DNA of 64,000 bases from Flectonema sp. DT1601 (taxonomy: Eukaryota): positions 310,001 through 374,000 of the forward strand of contig OZ025783.1 in assembly GCA_964019425.1 (NCBI GenBank), in the 5' to 3' direction. Positions 36,801 to 49,835 of the stretch are shown piece after piece (the first letter of the stretch is position 1; each line of letters starts with the position of its first letter). Position numbers and translations under genes: made by a program. The notes below the pieces were generated by a model. That model had not been told where the DNA came from. It made no database searches and was given only the letters and a program-made list of their open reading frames with translations.

Positions 36801-39800
36801 TGTGCTGCCACCTTCTGAAGTTCCTTCTCGATGGCTTTGCTCTTGTTGCGTCCATCAGCTGACTGAATGCGGTCACATGCAGACGATACTTCAGATGATG
36901 TGAGAGGGGCAACAGAACCACGCAATTGACGTACTTCATCCTCAGCAGCACGCAACTCAGACTTCAACTTTTCGTATTCCTTGATAGGGATGACGTCTTG
37001 ACCAGCAAGCTGTCGCAGCTCTCTTTGAATTACTTCATCAGCTTCGTGCTTGGGAAGGCTACGCTTTGCTTCTTCAATGCGAGCCTGTGCAGCCTTGACT
37101 GCCGTCTTGCTCTGAGAAGGTGACAACCCTTGGAGAGTTGCAAGTTTCTGAAGTTCCTCGTTGAGAACTTTGTCAGCTTCACGCTGAGGAAGGTTCTGAC
37201 TTGCTTCTTGAATACGTTGCTGGGATTTTGTTATCGCAATAGAATTCTCTGTCGGCAATATCCTCTGTGGTAAGAAAACTCTTTCAAGTTCTTCATTTAT
37301 GACGTCACGAACCTGCTCTTTAGGAAGACTACGAATGGCCTCATGGATACGACTACTTACTGGGAGACGATCCCCATTGAGAAGCTCTTGTAGTTCGTAA
37401 TGAAGTAGATTGTTAGCTTCTTGTTGTGGAAGGTTATCAATCCCATAGTTGATGTTCTCAGCAGCAGAATGGATGGCTGAAGAATTCTGCGACGGTGATA
37501 GCATCTGTAACTGTTCTACAATTACTCTTTCAGCGAGGTGATGAGGCAGACTTCGTTTTGCTTCCAAAATACGATTCGCAACAGCCTCCAACATGCCTGA
37601 CAATGAAACAGGTTGTTGGCCAGCAATATGAGTTCCCTTCCCTCTGTTGTGTTTTTCAAGTTCACGTCGAATGCGGTCAAATTCATCAGTCAGTTTGATC
37701 GTATTGTCAGCAGATTTCTTCATAACATCCTTCGCATGTAGCAGTTGTTGTTCTGCTGAGTTGGCGCGTGCTTCAGCAAACGTAAGGCGGTCTACTAAAG
37801 AAGAAGACTCTAAGATTTGTTGGCTACTGTTAGTATCATCTGCTAGTAATCCAACTGCTGCTGCAGCCAACTCAGCTGCTGCGTTGTGTAGTTCCTGTTG
37901 GACGTCATTTAAGTCTTCAGATGTGTTGATAACATTTTCTAATTCTCCGACACTCACAAGAGGGACTAAGTCAACATCAGGTACCACACCGAGGGCATGT
38001 AACTTCTCAATGAGAGAGTTGTTGTCTTTTTGGACTTCACTCAGTTTTATAAGAACTCGCTGATGTTCTCTAATAGAAGGAAGGTCTTCATCTTCTACGA
38101 TAGACTTTTCAATTAAAGGACTACTATGATCCCATGAGGGAGGTGCTAATACCACTCCCTCATGTTGCTCTAACTCATCACGAAGCCGATCGAAGTCACG
38201 AGCAAGACTGTCAGCGTGCTGAGTCATATCGTGAACTTGTTGCTCTGCCTCTTCAGCTCTCTTTATTGCTCCGTTTAAGTCATCTTTTGAAACAAACTCT
38301 GATGCTGGATGTTTACTAAAGGCACTTTTTGTCGCAGCGAATAGCTTTTTTGCTGATTCTTCAAGTCGACCTTGTGACTGCTGCATTGGTGTCGACTGAT
38401 CAGGTTTTTGTGTGGGCTTTAAAGGAGTAGTTGGTGGGTTATCAGAAAGCATTTCATTAAGAAAGGTTCTTGGAGATCCGCTATCTACGACAGAAGAGTC
38501 CAACCCAAGCATCTGACGAGCCTCTTCACGAAGGTCATTCGCTGCCGTTGTAGCTGATTCCATTTCCTTTACAGCGTCTGCAAGTCGTTCTCGTACAGCA
38601 CCAACTCTCTGTTTAAAATGAGATTTTGGACTTAATGATGGGTTTGTAGTAATGAGGTCAAGAAGACTGTATTGAGTTGTAGTGTTAATTGTTTCAACTA
38701 CAGAGGTTTGGTTAATCTTTTGTTGTAAATCATCATTCTTATCTTTCATGTCAGATAGAAGTAATTCCATGCTATCGATTCGTGAGATCAGTTTTTTGTT
38801 TTGATACTCCAGTTTTGCTGACTTCCCAACTGGTTCATTGCTATCCGAAATCAGCTGCTCTTTTTCATCTTCCAACTCACGGATTCGGTTAATTGATTGT
38901 GAGGCAAGCTTCTTTGTTTTATCAGCATTTTCATCAGCCATTTGTAAGAGTTTATCGGAGTCTTCATCTGCCTGTAGCTTTACAGTTAAGTCTCTTACAG
39001 TTGATTGAAGCTGTTTTGTTTCATCTTCCAACTGATGAATTCTGTTTGTAGATGTGGATGCCAGTAGTTTAGTTTTATCAGCGTTCTGGTCTGCTATTTC
39101 TAGTAACTTATCTGAAGCATAGTCCTGACTCTGTAGTTTTGACTCGAGGTCTCGTACCGTGGCTTCTGCTTCTAGGAGTTTGTTCATTGACTTTGAAGCC
39201 AATTGTTCTGTTTTATCAGCGTTTTCATTAGCCATCACAAGAAGTGCGTCTGGTGAGTCAATAGCTGTACTCTCCCTGAGGTCTCGTACTGTTGATTCCA
39301 ACTCCTCTTTCTCATCTTCTAGCTGATGGATTCTCGTACCTGATTCGGAGGCTAGTTGCTCAGTCTTGTCAGCATTTTCATCCGCGATTTTAAGGAGCTC
39401 ACCTGAGGTGTCATCCTGACCCTGCAGCTTTGACTCGAGGTCTCGTACTGTAGATTTCAGGTCTTCTCTTGCATTTTCCAACTGGCGAATTCTCTTAATT
39501 GATTCCTCAGGTAGTTCCTCAGCTGAAGTACCGTCCCATAACTTTGATGTGAGTGTCTGAACTGTTGATTGCAGTTTATCTCTCTCATTTTCTAATTGAC
39601 GAATCCTTCTCGTTGAATCGCTGGCGAGCAGCTCTGTTTTGCCGACATTTTCATCCGCTAGTTTGAGAAGTTTTTCTGAGGCATCATCCTGATGCTGTAA
39701 CTTTGACTCAAGGTCCCGAACGGTGGCTGAATTCTCATTTTCGATTTGAAGAATCTTTGCCGTAGTATCCGAAACACCATCTCGTAGTTTAGACTCGAGA

Positions 39801-42800
39801 TGATGTACAGCAGATTGCAGTAGTTTGTTCTCATCTTCTAACTGATGGATTCTCGTACCTGATTCGGAGGCTAGTTGCTCAGTCTTATCAGCATTCTCAT
39901 CTGCAATTTTAAGGAGCTGACCTGAGGTGTCATCCTGACTCTGCAGCTTTGACTCGAGGTCTCGTACTGTAGACTTCAGGTCTTCCCTTTCACCCTCCAG
40001 CTGATGGATTCTGGTACCTGATTCGGAGGCCAGTTGCTCAGTCTTGTCAGCATTCTCATCTGCAATTACGAGGAGTTTACCTGAGGTGTCATCCTGACTC
40101 TGTAACTTCGACTTGAGATCTCGAACTGTAGACTCCAATTGGAAGACTTTGTCTTGTAAACTCTTATTGTTGTCTCTGATGATGTTATTTCCACTGCTGC
40201 TCTGACTCAACTTCGATTCCAGAAGCGCGTTCTCACCTTCCAACTGATGAATCTTAGCAGTCGATTGAGAGAGTTGTTTAGTTTTATCGGAATTGTCATC
40301 AGCTATTTGAAGAAGCTTTGCCGCAGTAGTTGAGGCATCGGTACACAGACTGTGAAGCTTTGACTCGAGGTCCTGTACTGTGGATTCCAACTGATCTCTT
40401 TTATTAACCAGCTGTAGCATTCTCATGTTTGAAGTGGATGGTTCCTCAGCGTTCATTGCGAGAGGACTATTTTGTAGATTCTGCAACTTTGACTCGAGAT
40501 CTCGGATTGTTGCTTCCAGCGTTCCCTTGTCACTTTCCAACTGATGAATCTTAGCAGTTGATTGAGAGAGTTGTTTAGTTTTATCAGAATTGTCATCAGT
40601 ATCCGAGGCATCGCTACGCAGACTGTGAAGCTTTGATTCGAGGTCCTGTACTGTGGATTCCAACTGATCCCTTTTATTAACCAGCTGTAGCATTCTCATG
40701 TTTGAAGTGGAGGATGGCTGTTGTGACGTATCTGTGATAAGTCCAGCTGAAACATCACTTTGTAAATCCCGGAGCTTTGACTCGAGGTCTCGTACCGTTG
40801 CTTCCAGCGTTCCCTTGTCACTTTCCAACTGATGAATCTTAGCAGTTGATTGAGAGAGTTGTTTAGTTTTATCAGAATTGTCATCAGCCATTTGGAGAAG
40901 CTTTTGCTGTGTCAGCTCCAGGTCTTGAACAGTTGTTCGTAGATCATTCTTTTCTTCTTCTAACTGATGGATTCTGGTACCTGATTCGGAGGCCAGTTGC
41001 TCAGTCTTGTCAGCATTCTCATCCGCAATTTTAAGGAGCTGACCTGAGGTGTCATCCTGACTCTGCAGCTTTGACTCGAGGTCTCGTACTGTTGCTTCCA
41101 GCGTTCCCTTGTCACTTTCCAACTGATGAATTTTAGCAGTTGATTGAGAGAGTTGTTTAGTTTTATCAGAATTGTCATCAGCTATTTGATGTTTTTCTGT
41201 GGCGGCGTCTTGCAATCGACTCCGCTCACTTTCTAATTGACGGATTTTCCTGTTTGACTCGTAAGCAAGTTGCTCAGTCTTGTCAGCATTTTCATCCGCA
41301 ATTTCGAGGAGCTTGCCTGAGGCGTCATCCTGACTCCGTAGTTTTGACTCGAGGTCTATTACTGCGGACTTTAATTGTTCTCTCTCACCTTCTACTTTAC
41401 GAATTCTGTTAAGTGATTCGGTGGTCAGCTCATCTGTTTTCTCAGAAGTAGCGTCTGCCATCTTCAAAAGTTTTTCTGAAGCGTCATCCAGATCGAGTAC
41501 TGCGGATTGCAGTTTCTGATTTTCACCTTCCAGTTGTCTTATTCTGACCATTGATTGGGTTGCTAATTGATCTGATTTTTTAGCGTTTTGATCTGCCATG
41601 TTGGAGGCGTCATCTTGACTGTGAAGCTTTGACTCGAGGTCTCGTACTGTTGACTGTAGTTGGTGGATTTTATCTTCCATCACATCAGGTGACGCTTCTT
41701 TAACGACTACTACTTCCTTCTGTGAAGCTTGTAGTTGTAGTTGAAGAGTTTCTATTGTTGCTTCCAGTTCTTTCACTCTTTCATTCGAGTTATTGACTGC
41801 TGCGGTAGATTGCGATTGACTTGTCCCACTCTCAAGTTGTTGGAAGTTATTTTGTGAATTGAAGGTCAGCTGTCTGGTCGTATGAAGGTTATGATCTGAT
41901 ACCTCGAGGTACTTACTTGATGAGCTGTCTGGATTCTGTAGTTTTAACTCAAGGTCTCGCATTGCTGATCCTAGCTGTGTAGTTATGTCTGCTGAGTGAT
42001 GACTTGAGAGAGGTATTTGTAGTTTTGTTTCTAAGTCGACTAGTTTAGAAGACAATTCATCCGTGGCAGGAGGTTCACTTAAAGTTGATTCCAGTTGCAC
42101 TTTCTCACTCTGTAGTTGGAGGAAGCTTTCATCTACTAGTTGATTTTGAAGGTTTGAATTGAATTCCGATAATAAATTCTTATTCTCACTCTCCAACTGT
42201 CGTATTCTTTCTTTCAACTCATTAACCAACTCTACGGTTTTATCTGCATTTGCATCTGCCATTTCAAAGAGCCTTCCCGAGGCATCATCGAAGTCCCGTA
42301 CTGTGAATTCCAATTGCTCTTTTTCTCCCTCCAGTTGACGGATTCTCCTAATCGAAGCGTTTGCTAGTTCTTCTGTTTTCCCTGCGGATGCATCTGCTAT
42401 TTTAAGAAGTTTACCCGAAGCGTCATCCTGACTCTGCAGCTTTGACTCGAGGTCGCGTACTGTAGATTCCAAAAGCTCCTTCTCACCTTCCAATTGAAGG
42501 ATCCTCTCCTTCGATTGGTCTGCCAGTTGCTCTGTTTTACCGGCATTCTCATCCGCCATGTCGAGGAGTTTACCCGAGGCTGCATCGAGGTCTTGTACGG
42601 TAGACTCTAGCTGTTCATTCTCATCTTCCAATTTACGAATTCTCTCTATCGACTCCGCAGCTAATTTCTCTGTTTTCCCTGCTGACGCGTCTGCTATTTC
42701 GAGGAGCTTGCCTGAGGCGTCATCCTGACTCTGCAGTTTTGACTCGAGGTCTCGTACTGTTGCTTCCAGTTGCTGAATTCTCTCCTTCGATTGGTCCGCC

Positions 42801-45800
42801 AGTTGCTCTGTTTTACCGGCATTCTCATCCGCCATGTCGAGGAGTTTACCCGAGGCTGCATCGAGGTCTTGTACGGTAGACTCTAGCTGTTCATTCTCAT
42901 CTTCCAATTTGCGAATTCTCTCAATCGATGCCGCAGCTAATTTCTCTGTTTTCCCTGCTGACGCGTCTGCTATTTCTAGGAGCTTGCCAGAGGCGTCATC
43001 CTGACTCTGTAGCTTTGACTCGAGGTCTTGCACTGTTGCTTCCAGTTGACGGATTCTCTCCTGCGATTCGTTAGCGAGCTCCTCTGTCTTACCGGCATTC
43101 TCGTTTGCCATTTTAAGAAGTTTACCCGAGGCGTCATCCTGACTCTGCAGCTTTGACTCGAGGTCGCGTACTGTAGATTCCAAAAGCTCCCTCTCACCTT
43201 CCAATTGAAGGATCCTCTCCTTCGATTGGTCTGCCAGTTGCTCTGTTTTACCGGCATTCTCATCCGCCATGTCGAGGAGTTTACCCGAGGCTGCATCGAG
43301 GTCTTGTACGGTAGACTCTAACTGTTCATTCTCATCTTCCAATTTACGAATTCTCTCTATCGACGCCGCAGCTAATTTCTCTGTTTTCCCTGCTGACGCG
43401 TCTGCTATTTCGAGGAGCTTGCCTGAGGCGTCATCCTGACTCTGCAGTTTTGACTCGAGGTCTCGTACTGTTGCTTCCAGTTGCTGAATCCTCTCCTTCG
43501 ATTGGTCCGCCAGTTGCTCTGTTTTACCGGCATTCTCATCCGCCATGTCGAGGAGTTTACCCGAGGCTGCATCGAGGTCTTGTACGGTAGACTCTAACTG
43601 TTCATTCTCATCTTCCAATTTACGAATTCTCTCTATCGACGCCGCAGCTAATTTCTCTGTTTTCCCTGCTGACGCGTCTGCTATTTCGAGGAGCTTGCCT
43701 GAGGCGTCATCCTGACTCTGCAGTTTTGACTCGAGGTCTCGTACTGTTGCTTCCAGTTGCTGAATCCTCTCCTTCGATTGGTCCGCCAGTTGCTCTGTTT
43801 TACCGGCATTCTCATCCGCCATGTCGAGGAGTTTACCCGAGGCTGCATCGAGGTCTTGTACGGTAGACTCTAACTGTTCATTCTCATCTTCCAATTTACG
43901 AATTCTCTCTATCGACGCCGCAGCTAATTTCTCTGTTTTCCCTGCTGACGCGTCTGCTATTTCGAGGAGCTTGCCTGAGGCGTCATCCTGACTCTGCAGT
44001 TTTGACTCGAGGTCTCGTACTGTTGCTTCCAGTTGCTGAATCCTCTCCTTCGATTGGTCCGCCAGTTGCTCTGTTTTACCGGCATTCTCATCCGCCATGT
44101 CGAGGAGTTTACCCGAGGCTGCATCGAGGTCTTGTACGGTAGACTCTAGCTGTTCATTCTCGTCTTCTAATTTGCGGATCCTCGTCATTGATTGGATTGC
44201 TAATTGCTCTGTTTTCTCAGCGGACTCGTCTGCCATTTCAAAGAGTTTGTCTGAGGCTTCATCGAGATTCCTTACTTTTGATTCTAATTCTTCCTTTTCA
44301 TCTTCCAGCTGGAGGATTCTGTTGGTCGACTCGCTTGCCAGCGTCTCAGTCTTATCAGCATTTCCATCAGCTATTTCAAGGGCGTCATCCTGACTCTGGA
44401 GCTTTAACTCGAGGTCTCGTACAGTTGACAGCAGTAATTTGTTTTCGTTTTCTAAGTAACGAATATTTTCTTTTGATTGGGCTGCCAGCTGCTCTGTTTT
44501 TTCAGCATTTTCATCCGCCATTTGGAGAAGTTCATCCGAAGGATTGCCATCACCTTGTACTATGGAAGTATCGAACTGTGTTGCTACTTCATGTGTATTA
44601 GGATTTGTGTTTCGCCCTGCACTGAGCTCCGATGCAGCAGACTCAATGTGATTCCTTGCTACTAACTCACTGGCTTCTGAAGGAGATAGCGAACCAGTAC
44701 GAGGGACTAACTCATGTTGTTCAGGTGTTTTTGTTTCTGAACTCACAAATGGTTCGGTGAGAGTTCCATGAGATTCTGTTTCTTCTAAACGTTTTTCAGC
44801 TGCTAAAGACTTCAGTGGGTTGAGTTCGCTATCTAATTGCTCAACAACGTCACCTGTTGGTAACACTCCGACGTCAGCAAACTTTGACAGCGCCCTCTCC
44901 CTCTCCACAACAGCGAACTTCAAGTCTTCAAACTCTTCAAGTTCTTTTTGGTACTTCGCTTCTGCTTCTGCACGTCCCACAGCCATAGCGGCATCAGTAA
45001 TACGCTTGTTAGCATCAGATGTGAGTTCTTCAGCCACTGAGGTGGTGATTGATACGTTCGCTGGAAGTTGGAAACGGTCAGAAGGCGGTGTTTTATTCCC
45101 TTCCTCCTCCTCACCAGCTTCGATAGTCGGTTCTTCAATCGTACTTTCCATAACCTGATTATCAGAGGCCTTCCCTTCTATGTCGGAAAGCTTCGAGTCT
45201 TCCACAGAAGCCTCACTTGATTGCCCAACGTCAGAGACAGCAACACCAGTCAGGACTATCTCAGCATTACTAGATGGGCTCTCTGGTGGTAATAATGTTT
45301 CAGCAAACTTTGACAGCGCCCTCTCCCTCTCAACAACAGCGAACTTCAAGTCTTCAAACTCTTCAAGTTCTTTTTGGTACTTCGCTTCTGCTTCTGCACG
45401 TCCCACAGCCATAGCGGCATCAGTAATACGCTTGTTAGCATCAGATGTGAGTTCTTCAGCCACTGAGGTGGTGATTGATACGTTCGCTGGAAGTTGGAGA
45501 CGGTCAGCAGGCGGTGTTTTATTCCCTTCCTCTTCCTCCTCACCAGCTCCGACAGTCGGTTTTTCAATCGTACTTTCCATAACCTGATTATCAGAGGTCT
45601 TCCCTTCTATTTCGGAATGCTTCGAGTCTTCCACAGAAGCCTCACTTGATTGCCCAACGTCAGAGACAGCAACACCAGTCAGGACTATCTCAGCATTACT
45701 AGATGGGCTATCTGGTGGTAATAATGTTTCAGCAAACTTTGACAGCGCCCTCTCCCTCTCAACAACAGCGAACTTCAAGTCTTCAAACTCTTCAAGTTCT

Positions 45801-48800
45801 TTTTGGTACTTCGCTTCTGCTTCTGCACGTCCCACAGCCATAGCGGCATCAGTAATACGCTTGTTAGCATCAGATGTGAGTTCTTCAGCCACCGAGGTGG
45901 TGATTGATAAGTTCGCTGGAAGTTGGAGACGGTCAGCAGGCGGTGTTTTATTCCCTTCCTCCTCTTCACCAGCTCCGACAGTCGGTTCTTGAACATCGTC
46001 GTTCACAATTTCATCACCAGACATTGATGTCGCTTCAATCAGCTCTGAGCCCTCTTGAGGGATTTCACTCGACTTCTCAATATCACAGGCTGCAATATCT
46101 ACGTTCTTAATAACATCAGACATGAGTTCTTCAGCCACCGAGGTGGTGATTGATACGTTCGCTGGAAGTTGGAGACGGTCAGCAGGCGGTGTTTTATTCC
46201 CTTCCTCTTCCTCCTCACCAGCTCCGACAGTCGGTTTTTCAATCGTACTTTCCATAACCTGATTATCAGAGGTCTTCCCTTCTATTTCGGAATGCTTCGA
46301 GTCTTCCACAGAAGCCTCACTTGATTGCCCAACGTCAGAGACAGCAACACCAGTCAGGACTATCTCAGCATTACTAGATGGGCTATCTGGTGGTAATAAT
46401 GTTTCAGCAAACTTTGACAGCGCCCTCTCCCTCTCAACAACAGCGAACTTCAAGTCTTCAAACTCTTCAAGTTCTTTTTGGTACTTCGCTTCTGCTTCTG
46501 CACGTCCCACAGCCATAGCGGCATCAGTAATACGCTTGTTAGCATCAGATGTGAGTTCTTCAGCCACCGAGGTGGTGATTGATAAGTTCGCTGGAAGTTG
46601 GAGACGGTCAGCAGGCGGTGTTTTATTCCCTTCCTCCTCTTCACCAGCTCCGACAGTCGGTTCTTGAACATCGTCGTTCACAATTTCATCACCAGACATT
46701 GATGTCGCTTCAATCAGCTCTGAGCCCTCTTGAGGGATTTCACTCGACTTCTCAATATCACAGGCTGCAATATCTACGTTCTTAATAACATCAGACATGA
46801 GTTCTTCAGCCACCGAGGTGGTGATTGATACGTTCGCTGGAAGTTGGAGACGGTCAGCAGGCGGTGTTTTATTCCCTTCCTCTTCCTCCTCACCAGCTCC
46901 GACAGTCGGTTTTTCAATCGTACTTTCCATAACCTGATTATCAGAGGCCTTCCCTTCTATTTCGGAATGCTTCGAGTCTTCAACAGAAGCCTCACTTGAT
47001 TGCCCAACGTCAGAGACAGCAACACCAGTCAGGACTATCTCAGCATTACTAGATGGGCTATCTGGTAGTAATAATGTTTCAGCAAACTTTGACAGCGCCC
47101 TCTCCCTCTCCACAACAGCGAACTTCAAGTCTTCAAACTCTTCAAGTTCTTTTTGGTACTTCGCTTCTGCTTCTGCACGTCCCACAGCCATAGCGGCATC
47201 AGTAATACGCTTGTTAGCATCAGATGTGAGTTCTTCAGCCACCGAGGTGGTGATTGATACGTTCGCTGGAAGTTGGAGACGGTCAGCAGGCGGTGTTTTA
47301 TTCCCTTCCTCCTCCTCACCAGCTCCGACAGTCGGTTCTTGAACATTGTCGTTCACAACTTCATCACCAGACATTGATGTCGCTTCAATCAGCTCTGAGC
47401 CCTCTTGAGGGATTTCACTCGACTTCTCTGATTTGAGAGAGTCAGCTGCTCGGGTTCTCTCTTCGGGAACTCCTCCGACGGTGGAGCCCTCCGAGTCTTT
47501 CACAAACTCACTGTTGGACACTGATGTTGCTTCTTCCACAGCAGCAACAGAGTCTTCGCGAGCTTCATCTGACTGATCTGAATCACGAGCTGTAATATGA
47601 GTCGAGAAGACTTCATCATCGATTGATAACTTCCTCACTGTTGTTGAGTCTTTAAGCTCCTTGACAGCAGTCTCAGTGACTGAAGAACAGATAGATTGTT
47701 GATCATCATCATTACCAGAGAGGGATGTTACGACTGGTAGCTGTTCATCATCATTACCAGAGATGGATGTTACGACTGGTAGCTGTTCATCATCATTACC
47801 AGAGATGGATGTTACGACTGGTAGCTGTTCATCATCATTACCAGAGAGGGATGTTACGACTGGTAGCTGTTCATCATCACCATCCTCACCAGAGAGACTG
47901 GTTGACACTGCCGAGTCTGCAGGAGGACTGTGCTTGACAATTACTTCACTGTGCTCCGATTCATCCTGCTGTTGGGGATTTGAAGATTGAATTGATTTCT
48001 TGTCTTCGATAATATCACCAGAAGACTTAATAACTTCCTCTTCATGATGAACGAGTTCACGTTGTCTGAGTTGAGACAGTTGATTATCAGATACATCATA
48101 GTTTGATCTGATTGTATTTAAATCGAATTCTAGTTGTTCACACCTGTCTTGTAGTCGAGAAATAGTTTCCATCGATTCCAACTTGAGAGTCTGAAGTTGG
48201 ATGGCCATGTCTTCTCTTGCTTGGATACTATCTCGTATTTCATTATTGATACAGGTCTCGATGTGTTTTCCAACATTGGGTCCCCTCGATGGGCTTTCTA
48301 ATATTAAATCGTAGTCAGACTTTAAATTATGAAGTTCTTCAACCATTTCTTCTCGTGCTGCTTTACTGTCTCGTAGCTCAGTCTTAATTAGATTCTTAAT
48401 TGATTGAGATTGACCCACATCACTAGAGTGAAGGCAGCTGTCACTACTTTCACTTATTGACATTAGAAAGGGTTCTTGTGACGATGCTGAAAGTTCACGA
48501 ACATCACACTCTTCAAGAAATCGAACTAACCTTGCTGAGTCAGAAAGACACACTTTTGATTGAAGTGGCTTCACTTCCTTAAAGTCAGTTATAATCTCTT
48601 CATGTGGTGAAGTCCTTTCAGGATTCGAATGCGATCTCAACGTCGGGGAAGTCTGAATTCTTTCAGCAGTAGTCTCATTACTTTCATGAAGTGGGATATT
48701 TACAACACGAGAATCACTTGTTGAGTTCAGTACTTGAGAAGTCTGTTGAGTTCCTTCAACAGTAACACCAAGTGAGAGATCAGTAACCTCTAACTCTGAC

Positions 48801-49800
48801 TTACTACTCAGAGTGGGTGATGTTTGTTGAATTCCTTCAGCAGCTTCATCTAATAGCGAGTCTGAGTCTTGAACCAATTGCTGGACAGACTCAACATCTG
48901 TTGTCACTGGAGAGGTCTTTCGAATGTCTTCTCCCTCAACAGGAGTTATGATATCTTCGTATGGCACGAGAGGTACTTCTGTTGAAGAAGAAGTTTGTTG
49001 AGGAACTACATCAGTTTCACTATTCTCTCCACCATCAATGAGATCATGTGAACTATTCAACACTACTGGATCTGAATGTGAATTCAGTGTTGGTGAAGTT
49101 TGTTGAATCTCTTCACGTTCAGGAACAACATTGATGTCTTTTGAACAACTCGCTACCGAAGAACTCACAGATTGAGTCTGAGGGACGTCATCCATTGTAG
49201 TGCTCACTGTTGCTTCTGACTTACTACTCAGTGTGGGTGATGTTTGTTGAATTCCTTCAATAATTAAAGGTCCTGAAGGTGGTGTATTTTGAATACTTTC
49301 AGCTGCTTCATTCTTCGAGTGTAAATTAAGTGTTTGGGAAGTCTGTTGACTTTGTACTTCTTCCAAAACCTTTGATGCAGTGTGAGGTGCTTCTGTTGTG
49401 GCATCACTCAGATTGTCATTGACAGTGTCGTTGGTTGAGTTCACATTAGAATGTGAACTCAACGTTAGAGAAGTTGGTTGAGCTCTCTCAGGTATCGATA
49501 GTTGAGAACTCTGTTCAGAGTTGTTTGTATCGTCACAAAGAGTAGCTGACCTAACAACTTCCTCATGTGGTGGCTGCTGAAGTGAATGAGGACGGGAAGT
49601 CTCTTCGACAACCTCATCCGTAGCTGCCACGAAAGGGTTCAGAGGTAAAGGCGTGTCCGAAATCGTTTCACTACCTGCTGTCCCTTTAAATTCAATATTT
49701 GAGTTGCCATCGAGAGAATGTGAGCTCAGTGTTGGTGAAGTCCGTTCTAAACATCTCACTGCTAATTCCTGACTTGTTGAAAGAGTTGATTTGATATCAT

Positions 49801-49835
<35 letters not shown>

